The notes under the pieces were generated by a model. The model saw only the letters and a program-made list of their open reading frames with translations, had not been told where the DNA came from and made no database searches. Of a stretch of DNA of 16,049 nucleotides, positions 16,006 to 16,049 are shown in pieces (the stretch's first letter is position 1; each line of letters opens with the position of its first letter). The DNA is from Candidatus Hodarchaeota archaeon (GTDB lineage Archaea; Asgardarchaeota; Heimdallarchaeia; Hodarchaeales; Hodarchaeaceae), in NCBI GenBank assembly GCA_016840035.1, contig JAEOTC010000223.1:1-16049 (forward strand), in the 5' to 3' direction. The translations under genes were made by a program, and so were the position numbers.

Positions 16006-16049
16006 CAGAATTTGAAGTTAAACTAAGTTCAGTACCGAAACAATCTTGA

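Noticed and set aside
9100-16026. Short alternative ORFs 9100-9498, 10227-10427, 12666-12857, 13808-13993, 13882-14067, 15817-16026
   Set aside because: Shadow or low-complexity ORFs without recognisable features.
16001-16049. 3' end of a minus-strand CDS at the right edge
   Set aside because: All three frames stop within 50 nt, so the coding frame cannot be chosen; only the terminator is reported.
1-16049. CRISPR array, tRNA/rRNA, transposase or integrase
   Set aside because: No regularly spaced repeats, cloverleaf or rRNA-like segments, or recombinase motifs were seen.

Overview
AT-rich prokaryotic chromosomal window, most likely archaeal and probably Asgard/Heimdallarchaeia-like. This is inferred from GTGAT/GGAGG ribosome-binding sites, TATA-like boxes, oligo-T terminators, a PGF-CTERM-like sorting signal, sequon-rich surface proteins and a two-HTH archaeal-type regulator. 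Order of content: (1) 3' part of a threonine aldolase. (2) A micro-gene operon partly missed by the ORF track: hairpin, 23-aa leader ORF, hairpin, 48-aa C4 zinc ribbon, and a translationally coupled 68-aa B-box/PHD-like finger. (3) An unknown 381-aa protein. (4) A GNAT, a 1112-aa GNAT fusion, an SDR and a SnoaL-like protein. (5) A membrane-tethered double winged-helix regulator with an ectodomain, followed by a surface glycoprotein with two CNTTHFSxW motifs resembling GPS/Nup98/PIDD autoproteolysis sites. (6) A short, sensor-less chemoreceptor with an in-frame TGA at codon 11, divergent from an orphan membrane histidine kinase. (7) A SAM methyltransferase, a VapBC-type toxin-antitoxin pair and a flavodiiron (FprA) fragment. 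The best candidates for an undescribed system are the regulator plus HFS surface protein pair (8486-11267) and the micro zinc-finger operon (864-1430). All calls come from reading motifs by eye; no searches were run.
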